A stretch of 64,000 bases of DNA, taken from the NCBI GenBank assembly GCA_963666285.1, contig OY762711.1. One strand, given 5' to 3'. The DNA is from Sedimentisphaerales bacterium (GTDB lineage: Bacteria; Planctomycetota; Phycisphaerae; Sedimentisphaerales; SM23-30). Shown here piece after piece: positions 28,149 through 37,566 of this stretch. The notes beneath the pieces are model-generated. The model saw only the letters and a program-made list of their open reading frames with translations, had not been told where the DNA came from and did no database searches. The position numbers and the translations under genes are program-made. The stretch's first letter is position 1, and the number at the start of each line of letters is the position of its first letter.

Positions 28149-28293
28149 GCGACAAGTGAAGAACAAAGAACTAAGAGTGAAGAATTGTGGTGTCCTGCAC
28201 CGTACGGTACAGGACCTTGTTTTAAACGGCTTCGCCTATCACCCTAACGGGTTCTTCATCCTGGGACTCCAAGAGCCAAATAAGGTTGGTTGG
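28149..28293. repeat. ~145-bp structured repeat, copy B
   Basis: Near-identical to 27120-27265. Confidence 0.92.
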
Positions 28294-28331
28294 GGAGATG
28301 GCTTCATTATTTATATAATAATCAACAATAA

Positions 28332-28913
28332 CTACCCAATTAACAAGTAAATATTTTCTGAGTTAACAGACTCAAGATAGTCTTTTATATTTATAAGTAT
28401 TTTCTTTAAATCAGTAGGCTTCCTACTTTTCTTTATCAGAACATCACCTATCGGACAATCAGCATCTGTCTTAATAACATCCTGCATTGAAACATCAATT
28501 GGTTTATCTACTTTTATTTTCCCATCATTGTCAACCCACTTTCTTCTCATTTCACACTTCCCCAATTCAACCATTAGTGAATACTCATAACCATCAATCT
28601 TAAGCCCTGAAACCATCCATCCACCTTCCTCATAATTACCACTTCCAGAAGGCTCTTGAATATATATTTTATATGTAATAGGCAAAATATTATTACTTTC
28701 AATTTCTGTAAGCAATTTAACAACAGAACTTATCATATCATTTTGATTTCGAAATAACTTCTTGCCAAAGTCATCTACTCCAAACAAAAGATTAACTTCA
28801 TTTTCGTATCCGTTTTCAGAAAGATATTTCAATACATCAATTATATTCGGCGTTAACTGTTGCTTAAACTCACATTCACCACTATTAGTTGATAATACAA
28901 TATCTAGTCCCAT
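28332..28913 (-). CDS. Hypothetical protein, probable cognate immunity protein of the upstream Rhs toxin
   Basis: AT-rich 193-aa ORF 27 bp downstream of the toxin tip, AAGGTGA RBS; function inferred from position only. Confidence 0.6.
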   Translation of the reverse strand: MGLDIVLSTNSGECEFKQQLTPNIIDVLKYLSENGYENEVNLLFGVDDFGKKLFRNQNDMISSVVKLLTEIESNNILPITYKIYIQEPSGSGNYEEGGWMVSGLKIDGYEYSLMVELGKCEMRRKWVDNDGKIKVDKPIDVSMQDVIKTDADCPIGDVLIKKSRKPTDLKKILINIKDYLESVNSENIYLLIG

Positions 28914-28940
28914 TGAATATTCACCTTATTAAAGATTTAA

Positions 28941-29675
28941 TCAAAATCCAAGCATTGCTGTTCTAATTGTAATTGCAGTTGTCCATGCCAACATTCCTGT
29001 CATGACAACCATTCCAACATTATATGCCATCCTACGAGACATTACCATTGCAAAAGCAGTATCTGCTTGTTGATTAAGGTAATCCATTGCTCCTACCAAA
29101 GCATCAGCACCTTGACCTGCTAACTGCTTAATCTGTTGTGTAACATCTTTTAAGGAATCTGCTAATAAGGAAATCATAACAGCCGTCAAAGCAACTGCTA
29201 CTGGTGTTTTAGGCACCTTAAATGCCTTGTAAAAGATTAACCCATAAGCATTTCCTAACGTAACAGCAAAATAGTTTGAGTATTGAGGTGGCAACGATAT
29301 TTGTCTTATACCTACATTCCAAGCACTACCAGTCCATGGTTTTGAAGTTGCCCCAGGTAACCCTAAGAAGTTGGCTGCTTTAAGATATGCCAATAGTTGA
29401 ATTGGACCAGAACTTAATCCATAACTCGACAATGGTTTTATTTCAGCAATTTCTTTCAGTTGAAAGTCCATTATATCAGGCATCAATGCTCCAGCCAAAC
29501 CAGGCATGCCTTTTCCATACCGTATTCTTCCAATATGTTCCAAGTCATACATATTACTTACTTCTCTGTGTATTGCCTTTCCTAATTCTGCAAAGAACCA
29601 TGCCATTCCCGAGGGGTCTGTATAGTTAACCGGGTTAGCGTGGCAATATAGATACCGGAGTGGTTTGGGGAAGAT
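28941..29675 (-). pseudogene. Orphan Rhs C-terminal toxin module with PD-(D/E)xK nuclease-like tip
   Basis: In-frame YLYCHANPVNYTDPSG (29654-29607) precedes the ORF; in-frame stop at 29676-29678; PDI...EIKP...QL..Y motif. Confidence 0.8.
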
Positions 29676-29870
29676 TTACTTGTGAAAGAGCCATAATTTA
29701 TGCAATGATTATAGATTATTGGTGTGAGAATGCCAAAGGAAAACGGAATAAAAATAGTGTTTGGAGTTGGTTCAGGAGAAGAAAAAACCTCCATATTCGA
29801 CGTTGGATCTTAGCTAGAGAGCCAAAATCGAAATGGAGGTTTATGATTCAATAATTCAGGGTTAATGCCT

Positions 29871-32666
29871 TTAGCGGCTAAGGCTGATGGAATAAGTCTT
29901 GCCGGCTTTAGCGTTAAATGAAATAGTATCGCCTGTCTTTTTATGCGGTATGGTTCTGGTGCCTTCGAGGACGGTGATATTGGCGGCCTGTTCGATCGGG
30001 TCAGATTTGACAGAGCATGTGCCGTTATAGCGGGCGAGGATCTCGGTGCGGGTCAAACTGTGATTGTTCCAGAATATGTTTACCTGATAGCCGCCGCGGG
30101 CACAGAGGCCGGTTATACTGCCGGAGGGCCAAGCGTCTGGCAAGGCGGGCAGCAGATGTATAAGACCGGAATGGCTCTGGATGAACATTTCGGCGATGCC
30201 GGCGGTGCCGCCGAAGTTGCCGTCGATCTGGAATGGAGGATGGGTATCGAAGAGGTTTGCCAGTGTGCTCTGGTCGAGCTGTTCCTTGAGCATTAGATAG
30301 GCATGGTTACCGTCGAACAGCCTGGCCCAGAAGTTGATCTTCCATGCCTTGCTCCATCCGGTACCGCCGTCGCCGCGGGCCTTTAGGGATACCCTGGCGG
30401 CATCGGCAAAGGCCGGTGTGGTAAGAGGCGAGATCTGGCGGCCGGGATGCAGTGCGAACAGGTGCGATACGTGCCTGTGTCGGTCGGTTTTGCTGTCCCA
30501 GTCGGGTTTCCATTCCTGCAGCTGGCCCCAGCTTCCGATACGGAGCCCCGGATCGAGCTTGTCTTTGGTGGAGATCATAGTCTGCCTGAACCGGCGGTCT
30601 ATGCCGAGGATCTGTGAGGACTCGATAGTGTTGGTTAGCAGGTCCCAGCCTATCTGCTGGTCCATGGCACAACCTGCGGAGATGCGGCCATGCTCTGGCG
30701 AATAGGAAGGAGACGAGACGAGCGTGTTGTCGTCTATGTCGGTAACGAGATAGTCGAACCAGAACTCTACTGCCTCTTTCATGATCGGGTATGCCTTGTC
30801 GGCAAGATATTCCCGGTCGCCGGTGAAGGCGTAATGCTCCCAGAGGTGCTGACACATCCATGCGGCAGCAGTTGGGAAATAGAACGCGCCGCTGGTACTT
30901 GGTCCGGTATGACCGAAGATATTGTTTTCATGGTGGGTAGTCCAGCCGCGGGCACCGTAATGGAGCATGGCTGATTCGCGGCCCCTGGGTCGCAGGCTGT
31001 CGGTATATTCGATAAGCGGCAGGTGACATTCGCTGAGGTTTGTTACCTCGGCGGGCCAATAGTTCATCTGAACGTTGATATTGGTATGATAGTCGGCGTT
31101 CCATGGCGGGGTGTTGACATTGTTCCATATGCCCTGCAAGTTGGCAGGAAGTGTGCCGGGGCGAGAGGAGCTAATTAGCAGATAACGACCGTACTGGAAG
31201 TATAGTTTTTCCAGAGCCGGGTTGCCGCCCTTGTAGGAAGCGAGTACCTCGTCGGTCGGCAGGTCGAGTTTATCAGCTTTCAGGTCGAGTTTGACCCTGT
31301 GGAACAGGCCCTGGTAGTCGGCTAGATGGCGGTCGCGGAGCTGCCGGTATGACATGGCAGCAGCGGCGTTGACACGCGCGGTAACGACGGCGTGCGGATG
31401 GGTACCTTTGAAGGTCGGATATTCGTTCACGTAATCTGTGCCAAGTGCCATGATGATGGTTACTGAGTCGGCATCGGCGACTTTAATACAGTCGAGTTCG
31501 GTGGTGACGGTACCGCCATCATTCAGCAGTTGGGCCTGGGACTCGAACGCCATTGAATTGCTAAGAGCACCGCTGAGGGTTAGCCTGCCGTTTGCGGTGG
31601 TTATGACAGAATTGTTATGCGGAGTAGTTTGTCGAAGAGTGAAGTTCAGGTTGCCGCGTGGTTTAGCGGTTAAACGCATGACCATGACATTATCGGGATA
31701 GCTGGTGAAATATTCACGGGTATATTGGACGCCGTCAACCTGGTAGCTGACGCGTGCCATGCCGTCGTTGAGGTCGAGCAGGCGGCGATAGTCAGAGATA
31801 ACAAACTGCGGACCCTGTTCGTGGAGGATAATTTCGGCGAGCTGGAGAGTTGGTCCGGCATTGTTTTCAAAATTGAAGCGATAATACTGGTAGGCAGTCG
31901 AATTGGTAAAGAAGAAATCTTTCTTTTGACGCCTATCGGGAAAATCAACCGCGGACCGGGTGTCGATAGTAACCCATTCTGTACCGTTGTTGGAGGCCTG
32001 AACAGACCAGTTGAGCGGGTCACGGTCGGGCACGTCGTTAGCGGAGATGATGGAATATCCGTCAATCACGATGGCGTTGCGGCATTTGGCCTGAATCCAG
32101 AATGGCGGGTTGTTCTGGTCGCCGGTGAACCATTTGGTAGCAGCAGTGCCGTCGAAAGCCTTGAGCATGCCTTCGTAATCGTCTTTCTGGCCGCTGGCGG
32201 TTACAGTTTGTATATCAAGCCCGTCAATAAAATCGAAATAGAGGTCGCCAAAGGTCTGGTAAGCACCAAACCCGTCACGGAGACCTTTGAGCTGCGGCAT
32301 AAGAGAATTGACTTCATCGTATTTTTTCTGGTCGAGCAGCCTTCGTATTTGGGCGAGTATAGCGGTACGGTCGGTATTGTTGCCGCCGGTATAGGAAGCT
32401 AATTCACCGGGGCCGCCGGTCCAAAGGCTTTTTTCGTTTAGATTGATATGCTCCTGGCGGACGCCACCGAAGACCATACCGCCGATATAGCCGTTGCCAA
32501 GCGGCAGAGCCTGCGATTCCCAGTCATATGCGGGAGTGCTATACCAGAGGGTAAGGTCTGAACAGCTGTCGAAAGCCGGACCGGGCTCACCCGCTGCCCG
32601 GGTGATTTGCGGAGTTATACATAAAATAATAGTGAGAAAACTTAAAACATAAGAATAATACTTCAT
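29871..32666 (-). CDS. GH95 alpha-L-fucosidase with inserted F5/8-like domain
   Basis: [65 protein letters not shown]. Confidence 0.92.
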   Translation of the reverse strand: MKYYSYVLSFLTIILCITPQITRAAGEPGPAFDSCSDLTLWYSTPAYDWESQALPLGNGYIGGMVFGGVRQEHINLNEKSLWTGGPGELASYTGGNNTDRTAILAQIRRLLDQKKYDEVNSLMPQLKGLRDGFGAYQTFGDLYFDFIDGLDIQTVTASGQKDDYEGMLKAFDGTAATKWFTGDQNNPPFWIQAKCRNAIVIDGYSIISANDVPDRDPLNWSVQASNNGTEWVTIDTRSAVDFPDRRQKKDFFFTNSTAYQYYRFNFENNAGPTLQLAEIILHEQGPQFVISDYRRLLDLNDGMARVSYQVDGVQYTREYFTSYPDNVMVMRLTAKPRGNLNFTLRQTTPHNNSVITTANGRLTLSGALSNSMAFESQAQLLNDGGTVTTELDCIKVADADSVTIIMALGTDYVNEYPTFKGTHPHAVVTARVNAAAAMSYRQLRDRHLADYQGLFHRVKLDLKADKLDLPTDEVLASYKGGNPALEKLYFQYGRYLLISSSRPGTLPANLQGIWNNVNTPPWNADYHTNINVQMNYWPAEVTNLSECHLPLIEYTDSLRPRGRESAMLHYGARGWTTHHENNIFGHTGPSTSGAFYFPTAAAWMCQHLWEHYAFTGDREYLADKAYPIMKEAVEFWFDYLVTDIDDNTLVSSPSYSPEHGRISAGCAMDQQIGWDLLTNTIESSQILGIDRRFRQTMISTKDKLDPGLRIGSWGQLQEWKPDWDSKTDRHRHVSHLFALHPGRQISPLTTPAFADAARVSLKARGDGGTGWSKAWKINFWARLFDGNHAYLMLKEQLDQSTLANLFDTHPPFQIDGNFGGTAGIAEMFIQSHSGLIHLLPALPDAWPSGSITGLCARGGYQVNIFWNNHSLTRTEILARYNGTCSVKSDPIEQAANITVLEGTRTIPHKKTGDTISFNAKAGKTYSISLSR

Positions 32667-32716
32667 AAACAAGACCTCTTTCAAAGTAAGTAATATTTAG
32701 AAAACATTCAACGAAA

Positions 32717-33118
32717 TCACTTATTATTGTAAGCAATACAGGAAGCCATGGCAATACCACCGGCGTGGCTGATACTGATATCAAAGGCGGTGATGCCGAT
32801 CTGGTCGGCTTTTTCCCGGGCGATGCCGGAAATGGTAACAAAAGGTCGACCAAGATCATCATTTTGGGTTTCGATATCGGTCATATTTATGCCACCGCGT
32901 AGTCCGGTGCCAAGAGCTTTCAGGAGAGCTTCCTTAACTGCATACCGCCCTGCCAGTCTTTCGGCAGGATTTTTTTTGAATCGTGCGGCATATTCAATTT
33001 CCTTTTCGGTGAAGATTCTGCCGAGCCCGTCGAGCCCGTGCCGTTCGATCATCTGTTCAATGCGGCTGATCTCTACCAGGTCGATACCATGACTAATAAA
33101 ATTACCATTTATGTCCAT
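32717..33118 (-). CDS. acpS: Holo-[acyl-carrier-protein] synthase
   Basis: HGIDLVEISRI, RYAVKEALLKALGTG, ISISH. Confidence 0.92.
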   Translation of the reverse strand: MDINGNFISHGIDLVEISRIEQMIERHGLDGLGRIFTEKEIEYAARFKKNPAERLAGRYAVKEALLKALGTGLRGGINMTDIETQNDDLGRPFVTISGIAREKADQIGITAFDISISHAGGIAMASCIAYNNK

Positions 33119-33134
33119 ATCACAATCTCACAAA

Positions 33135-34577
33135 TTACCAAGCCAATAAAAGTACAGTAAGGACGAACACCAGGATAACGCCAAGTTTGATGAGTCTGAG
33201 TTTTTTTCTGAAACTTTTCAACATTCCCGGCTTAACGGAAAGCTCGAACAGAAGCTCCATCCTGTTGGATAAGCTGGAATGACGCCATGACCTGGCGGTA
33301 ACCGACATACCGTTAATGAATGACAGCCGCTGAAGTGAAGAAGTCATAATTGCCGAGCCGATAGAACTGAGTCGCCCGTCTATGCCAGGCTGGAAATTAT
33401 CAGCAGCTTCGGCACCATAGATATCGGCCTCACATTCCAGGTTTCTAGAGATAAACCCAAATACCGAAAGGCCGATTAGCAAAGAAATCAGCCCGAGGCT
33501 ATAACCGATAGCCTCCTGACTCCATGCAGGCCAATATTCCGGAACATAGGCCAGTGCCTCCTCAACAAACATTCCGAACATGGAAATAATGGAAATAACA
33601 GCCAGCAGCAGCAGCGGCATATGTTTATGGTATATATGGCCGGCCTCATGGCCGAAAACGGCACGCAGCTGGTCAGGGGTTAAGTTTTCAAGGAGCCTGT
33701 CGCTAACGATAACATAGCGCAGGACCGGGAGTAATCCGGTAACAGCGGCATTGCCGACCATTCGATATGTTTTCCAAAGCAGGATATTACTGTATTTGAG
33801 ATTTATACTTTTACAGAAGGCCTCAAGATGGTCACGCTGCGGGCCCTGCGGCATTGAACTGGTCATCCAGACATAACGCAGAATAAGCGGCGCAAACAAA
33901 TATGCCAGGCCGATAGCGACAACTGACAGAAAAGCTTTTAAATATGAAATAGAAGAGTCGGGCGTATCAGAAGGATAGCGGCTGTCGATATATTCAAAGA
34001 TAGAAGTCCCTGCATCGGCCATAAATGTGATAAACAGAATGGGAACTATAATACCAAGAAGATTATGTCGTAAATGGTAGGTAAGATAGCCGGATCTTGA
34101 CCATATGCCGGAATCGGGGTCACATTGTGCGGGCAGGCATCCCTTGCGACAATATATATCAAGTTCATAGCAGAAATATAGCTGCAAAAAGATTAGAATA
34201 ATAAACGGGAGCATCCAGAGCAGCATTTGCAGCATATAAATATCAGTAATATACTCCGCAAAGCGTCCCCAACCGAGCACAAAGCTGAATATTCCGGCCA
34301 GAAAAACGGTGCCGGTCCGCCATAAGGAAATAATCTTTGCGGCCTTGCTGACATACCTGCCTTTGCGAATAGCTGCGGCAATAATACTATTGACTGAAAA
34401 CACCGAGATGGCAAACAGAACAATCAGGCCACCGGTAATGCCGGCGAGCAGCCAGGGTTTATCAGCAAAAACAGCCCAGTATTGCCCCTGCTGATTATCT
34501 TCACCGGTAACGGCCTGGCCGCCGACAACCATAAGAATAATACCGATTATAATTGAAATCTGCATCAGGTTTCTCAA
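33135..34577 (-). CDS. M48 family membrane zinc metallopeptidase
   Basis: Multiple TMs; NAAVTG, HEAGH, SRNLECEAD, RHSS...R. Confidence 0.85.
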   Translation of the reverse strand: MRNLMQISIIIGIILMVVGGQAVTGEDNQQGQYWAVFADKPWLLAGITGGLIVLFAISVFSVNSIIAAAIRKGRYVSKAAKIISLWRTGTVFLAGIFSFVLGWGRFAEYITDIYMLQMLLWMLPFIILIFLQLYFCYELDIYCRKGCLPAQCDPDSGIWSRSGYLTYHLRHNLLGIIVPILFITFMADAGTSIFEYIDSRYPSDTPDSSISYLKAFLSVVAIGLAYLFAPLILRYVWMTSSMPQGPQRDHLEAFCKSINLKYSNILLWKTYRMVGNAAVTGLLPVLRYVIVSDRLLENLTPDQLRAVFGHEAGHIYHKHMPLLLLAVISIISMFGMFVEEALAYVPEYWPAWSQEAIGYSLGLISLLIGLSVFGFISRNLECEADIYGAEAADNFQPGIDGRLSSIGSAIMTSSLQRLSFINGMSVTARSWRHSSLSNRMELLFELSVKPGMLKSFRKKLRLIKLGVILVFVLTVLLLAW

Positions 34578-34583
34578 AAGACC

Positions 34584-34611
34584 AAAAGCTCCGCAAAATC
34601 ACGGAGCTTTT
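34584..34611 (-). terminator. Hairpin / intrinsic terminator
   Basis: AAAAGCTCCG...CGGAGCTTTT. Confidence 0.6.
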
Positions 34612-34678
34612 GTTTTATCAATATAAACCCAGCTGCCAGTCCATTGAAGATCGGTAACCGGATTAGAAAAATCAAAAT

Positions 34679-35458
34679 CTATTTGCTGTTGATAGCTTTA
34701 ATCCTGTTTTTGGCATAAGTAACATTTGCGGTATAAGCCGGCTCTAACTGGATAGCTTTTTCATAAAATTCGCAAGCGCGAGTATAATTATGGAACTCAT
34801 CATCATAAATTTTAGCAACTGCAAATCTAGCAGAATACGGATTGTCAGAATCCCATTGCCATACTCTTTGGTAATAGAACATAGCAACATAGCAATCGTC
34901 GAGGTCGCGATTATAAATTTCAGCAATCTGCCAGGCAGCATCATCAATCTTGTCACTGGTAGGATAAGTAGCAATAAGATTTTCCAGTTTTTCCTTGGCA
35001 GCGAGCAGCCCTTTCATATCACTAAAGACACCGCGAGAATCGGTAATCTGTTGGACAGCTTCCATGTATATTCCGTCAGCTTCAGCAATCGATTCGGAGG
35101 CTTCCAGGTCCGGGCTGGTAATTTCAGCGACAACGATATAAGGCCTCTTGTCAATCTTTGCCAAGGCGTCCAATTCCTGCTTGGCCCATACAGCTTTCAT
35201 CTGGTTGCCCTGACGATCATAGAATTTGCCGAGTTTTTCCAGCTGTTCGATATAACTGCTGCGATAGGAAACCATCTGTTCAACGAGCTGAACCTCGGTA
35301 GCACGAATAGCATCATCTTCGATAAATTTCAGCGGATCACCAGCTACTTCGACCACTTTCGGCTCTTTGCTTTCCTGAACTTCCTGAGGAGTCGGATTGC
35401 CACAACCAGAGATCAATAATGCCGCAAATACCATAAGGATCAATGATAGTTTTTTCAT
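34679..35458 (-). CDS. TPR-containing lipoprotein
   Basis: Lipobox LISGC; YPTSDKIDDAAWQIAEIY TPR-like repeats. Confidence 0.75.
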   Translation of the reverse strand: MKKLSLILMVFAALLISGCGNPTPQEVQESKEPKVVEVAGDPLKFIEDDAIRATEVQLVEQMVSYRSSYIEQLEKLGKFYDRQGNQMKAVWAKQELDALAKIDKRPYIVVAEITSPDLEASESIAEADGIYMEAVQQITDSRGVFSDMKGLLAAKEKLENLIATYPTSDKIDDAAWQIAEIYNRDLDDCYVAMFYYQRVWQWDSDNPYSARFAVAKIYDDEFHNYTRACEFYEKAIQLEPAYTANVTYAKNRIKAINSK

Positions 35459-35667
35459 TTAAGGCTCCTGTCTTTCTTCGCAATTAAATTATAAGACAAA
35501 TATTCATAAGAACTTACAAATATAAGTCGTCATTTGTAAATCATACACAATCTGCACTAAGTACTGACAGTATATGATTTTAGCGACCATAGGCCATTTT
35601 GCAAGATGAAAATCACAGCATTTGAAGGAATAGAGGATAATTTATGTCAATAAAAAGCAGAAAACAT

Positions 35668-35694
35668 GGAACTATTCACCGGGTTGGTTGTATC
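35668..35694 (+). promoter_or_regulatory. Candidate ECF-sigma (autoregulatory) promoter
   Basis: GGAACT-N16-GTATC ending 36 bp upstream of the ECF sigma gene. Confidence 0.5.
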
Positions 35695-35730
35695 ACTAAT
35701 AGTAAGTTAATCCAATAAAAGAAAAAATCA

Positions 35731-36264
35731 ATGGTTGATGAAGAAATCATAATTAAAGAAATACTAAGCGGAAATACAGAATCATTCAAAGTTCTTGTGC
35801 AAAGGTACGAGAGACCTGTTATCAGCATGGTAAAAAACCTGATTGGCGACTTTCACGAGTGTGAAGATATCGCCCAGGATGTTTTCCTTGAAGTATACAA
35901 TAAACTTGGTTCATTTAACGCCGAAAAGGGCAAATTTTCCACGTGGCTTTTTACCATAGCCAGAAATAAGAGTATAAATATATTGAAAAAGAAACGACCG
36001 GTAATAACAGATGAATTTCCGGAGCTGCCGGCAACCAATACGCCAATAGAAGAGCTAACAGAAAAAGAAATATTCGAGCTTTTGGATAAAGTCCTTCAAA
36101 CACTATCGACTGAACATAAAACCGCATTTGTCCTGGCGGAATTTGAAAACCTGTCTTACGAAGAAATTGCTCAAATCGAAGGTATAAAAACCGGTACTGT
36201 AAAATCCAGAATAAACAGGGCAAAGGAAAAATTGCGAAAAGCAGTAAAAGGTATAGAGCTATGA
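35731..36264 (+). CDS. ECF sigma-70 factor
   Basis: EDIAQDVF, FSTWLFTIARN, LSYEEIA...GTVKSRINRA. Confidence 0.92.
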   Translation: MVDEEIIIKEILSGNTESFKVLVQRYERPVISMVKNLIGDFHECEDIAQDVFLEVYNKLGSFNAEKGKFSTWLFTIARNKSINILKKKRPVITDEFPELPATNTPIEELTEKEIFELLDKVLQTLSTEHKTAFVLAEFENLSYEEIAQIEGIKTGTVKSRINRAKEKLRKAVKGIEL

Positions 36265-36512
36265 ACAATAGACATTACGACAAATGGGTAACCAGTAAAA
36301 GCGAATTTACAATAAGTGACAATTTCGCCGACGAAGTTATGCAAAAGATAAGTCAGCAGGATAATGACACAAGTAAAAAGTACAGCAAGATACCTGGTTT
36401 TCTCTTATCAATATACAATACGAGACTGGCGAAGGCTGGTATCTTTATAACAGCAGCAATGTTAGGTGTTTCGAGAGTTCTACTGATAATTTACCTTGTT
36501 TTTGAATTATAA
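36261..36512 (+). CDS. Small membrane protein, probable anti-sigma factor
   Basis: 4-bp overlap with the sigma gene; NFADEVMQKI; C-terminal TM. Confidence 0.65.
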   Translation: MNNRHYDKWVTSKSEFTISDNFADEVMQKISQQDNDTSKKYSKIPGFLLSIYNTRLAKAGIFITAAMLGVSRVLLIIYLVFEL

Positions 36513-36596
36513 CAAACTCAAACAGAGCGATTGAATTGAAGTGATATTTCAATATAAAGTGCCAAATCAGTCACTTCGAATAAAAAGGAATATGCC

Positions 36597-37517
36597 ATGG
36601 AAACAAATAAATATACAAGAAAAGGCTCAACTGCATTATTGCTGTCAATGATTATGCCGGGACTTGGCCAGATATATTGCGGGGCATTTACAACGGGCTT
36701 AATAATAGCATTTATCGGCATAATACTAATCCCGGTTATAGGCTTCTCAATTATCAGTGAGAATACTACCATGATTATCTTGAGCTGTACAGCTACAGTA
36801 ATATATATGCCGGCAGCCATGGCGGATGCTATTATTCGAGCCAGGCGTGTTGGCAAAGAATATCAACTGAAAGAATATAACCGCTGGTATGTTTACCTGC
36901 TGCTGGTACTGATAAGTATGGGTGGCGTACTGCCTACGGTACTGGTCGTTAAGAGCTATGTAGCTGAAGCATTTATTGTGCCGGTAGCGTCGAATTACCC
37001 ATCTATCCTGCCGGGCGAGCGTGTCCTGACAAACAAGTTGGTGTATAAGAAACACGAGCCAAATCGTGGCGAGATGATAGTATTTATCAACCCTCAAAAC
37101 AGGCATATTAAATATATCAAAAGAATAATCGCTATTGCAGGTGAAAGCGTTGAAATTCGTGACAATGATGTCTATGTGAATGACATAAAACTTGAAAGAG
37201 AAGCAATATCCAACCAATATCTCAACGACATAAGTATCAATATAGAAGGTCAGCCGCTAACCGGTAAAGGATATTATGAGACAAGCGGAAATAACACCTA
37301 TAAAATATTCCTGGCTGACCTGCCACACGATAAAGCATCACATAACATGGCGAAAATAACAGTTCCTGCCAATCACTGCTTTGTACTGGGCGACAACCGG
37401 AACCTGACCGAAGACAGTCGAGTATTTGGCCCGGTTCCGCTGGCGACAATAATCGGAAAAGCTGAATATTTATATTTTCCGAGTAAAGACTGGTCCAGAT
37501 TTGGCAAACTACAATAA
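36597..37517 (+). CDS. lepB: Signal peptidase I with extra N-terminal multi-TM domain
   Basis: ASNYPSI (Ser box), YIKRII, FVLGDNR..EDSRVFG; N-terminal MPGLGQIY motif. Confidence 0.85.
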   Translation: METNKYTRKGSTALLLSMIMPGLGQIYCGAFTTGLIIAFIGIILIPVIGFSIISENTTMIILSCTATVIYMPAAMADAIIRARRVGKEYQLKEYNRWYVYLLLVLISMGGVLPTVLVVKSYVAEAFIVPVASNYPSILPGERVLTNKLVYKKHEPNRGEMIVFINPQNRHIKYIKRIIAIAGESVEIRDNDVYVNDIKLEREAISNQYLNDISINIEGQPLTGKGYYETSGNNTYKIFLADLPHDKASHNMAKITVPANHCFVLGDNRNLTEDSRVFGPVPLATIIGKAEYLYFPSKDWSRFGKLQ

Positions 37518-37520
37518 CAG

Positions 37521-37551
37521 TACTCAAACTGCCCGATGGCCAGTTTGAGTA
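37521..37551. terminator. Hairpin between convergent genes
   Basis: TACTCAAACTG...CAGTTTGAGTA. Confidence 0.6.
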
Positions 37552-37566
37552 ACAGTATAGAATTCG

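Noticed and set aside
26762..28293. Direct repeats as a CRISPR array
   Set aside because: Only two copies of each long repeat, separated by whole genes; no constant repeat-spacer period and no cas genes.
27120..28293. 145-bp repeats as classical integron attC sites
   Set aside because: Several short hairpins rather than one long one; no clear RYYYAAC/GTTRRRY ends; no intI in the window.
29943..32402. Long antisense ORFs within GH95 (similarly within pyrC and the TPR gene)
   Set aside because: Shadow frames of well-supported genes with biased codon usage.
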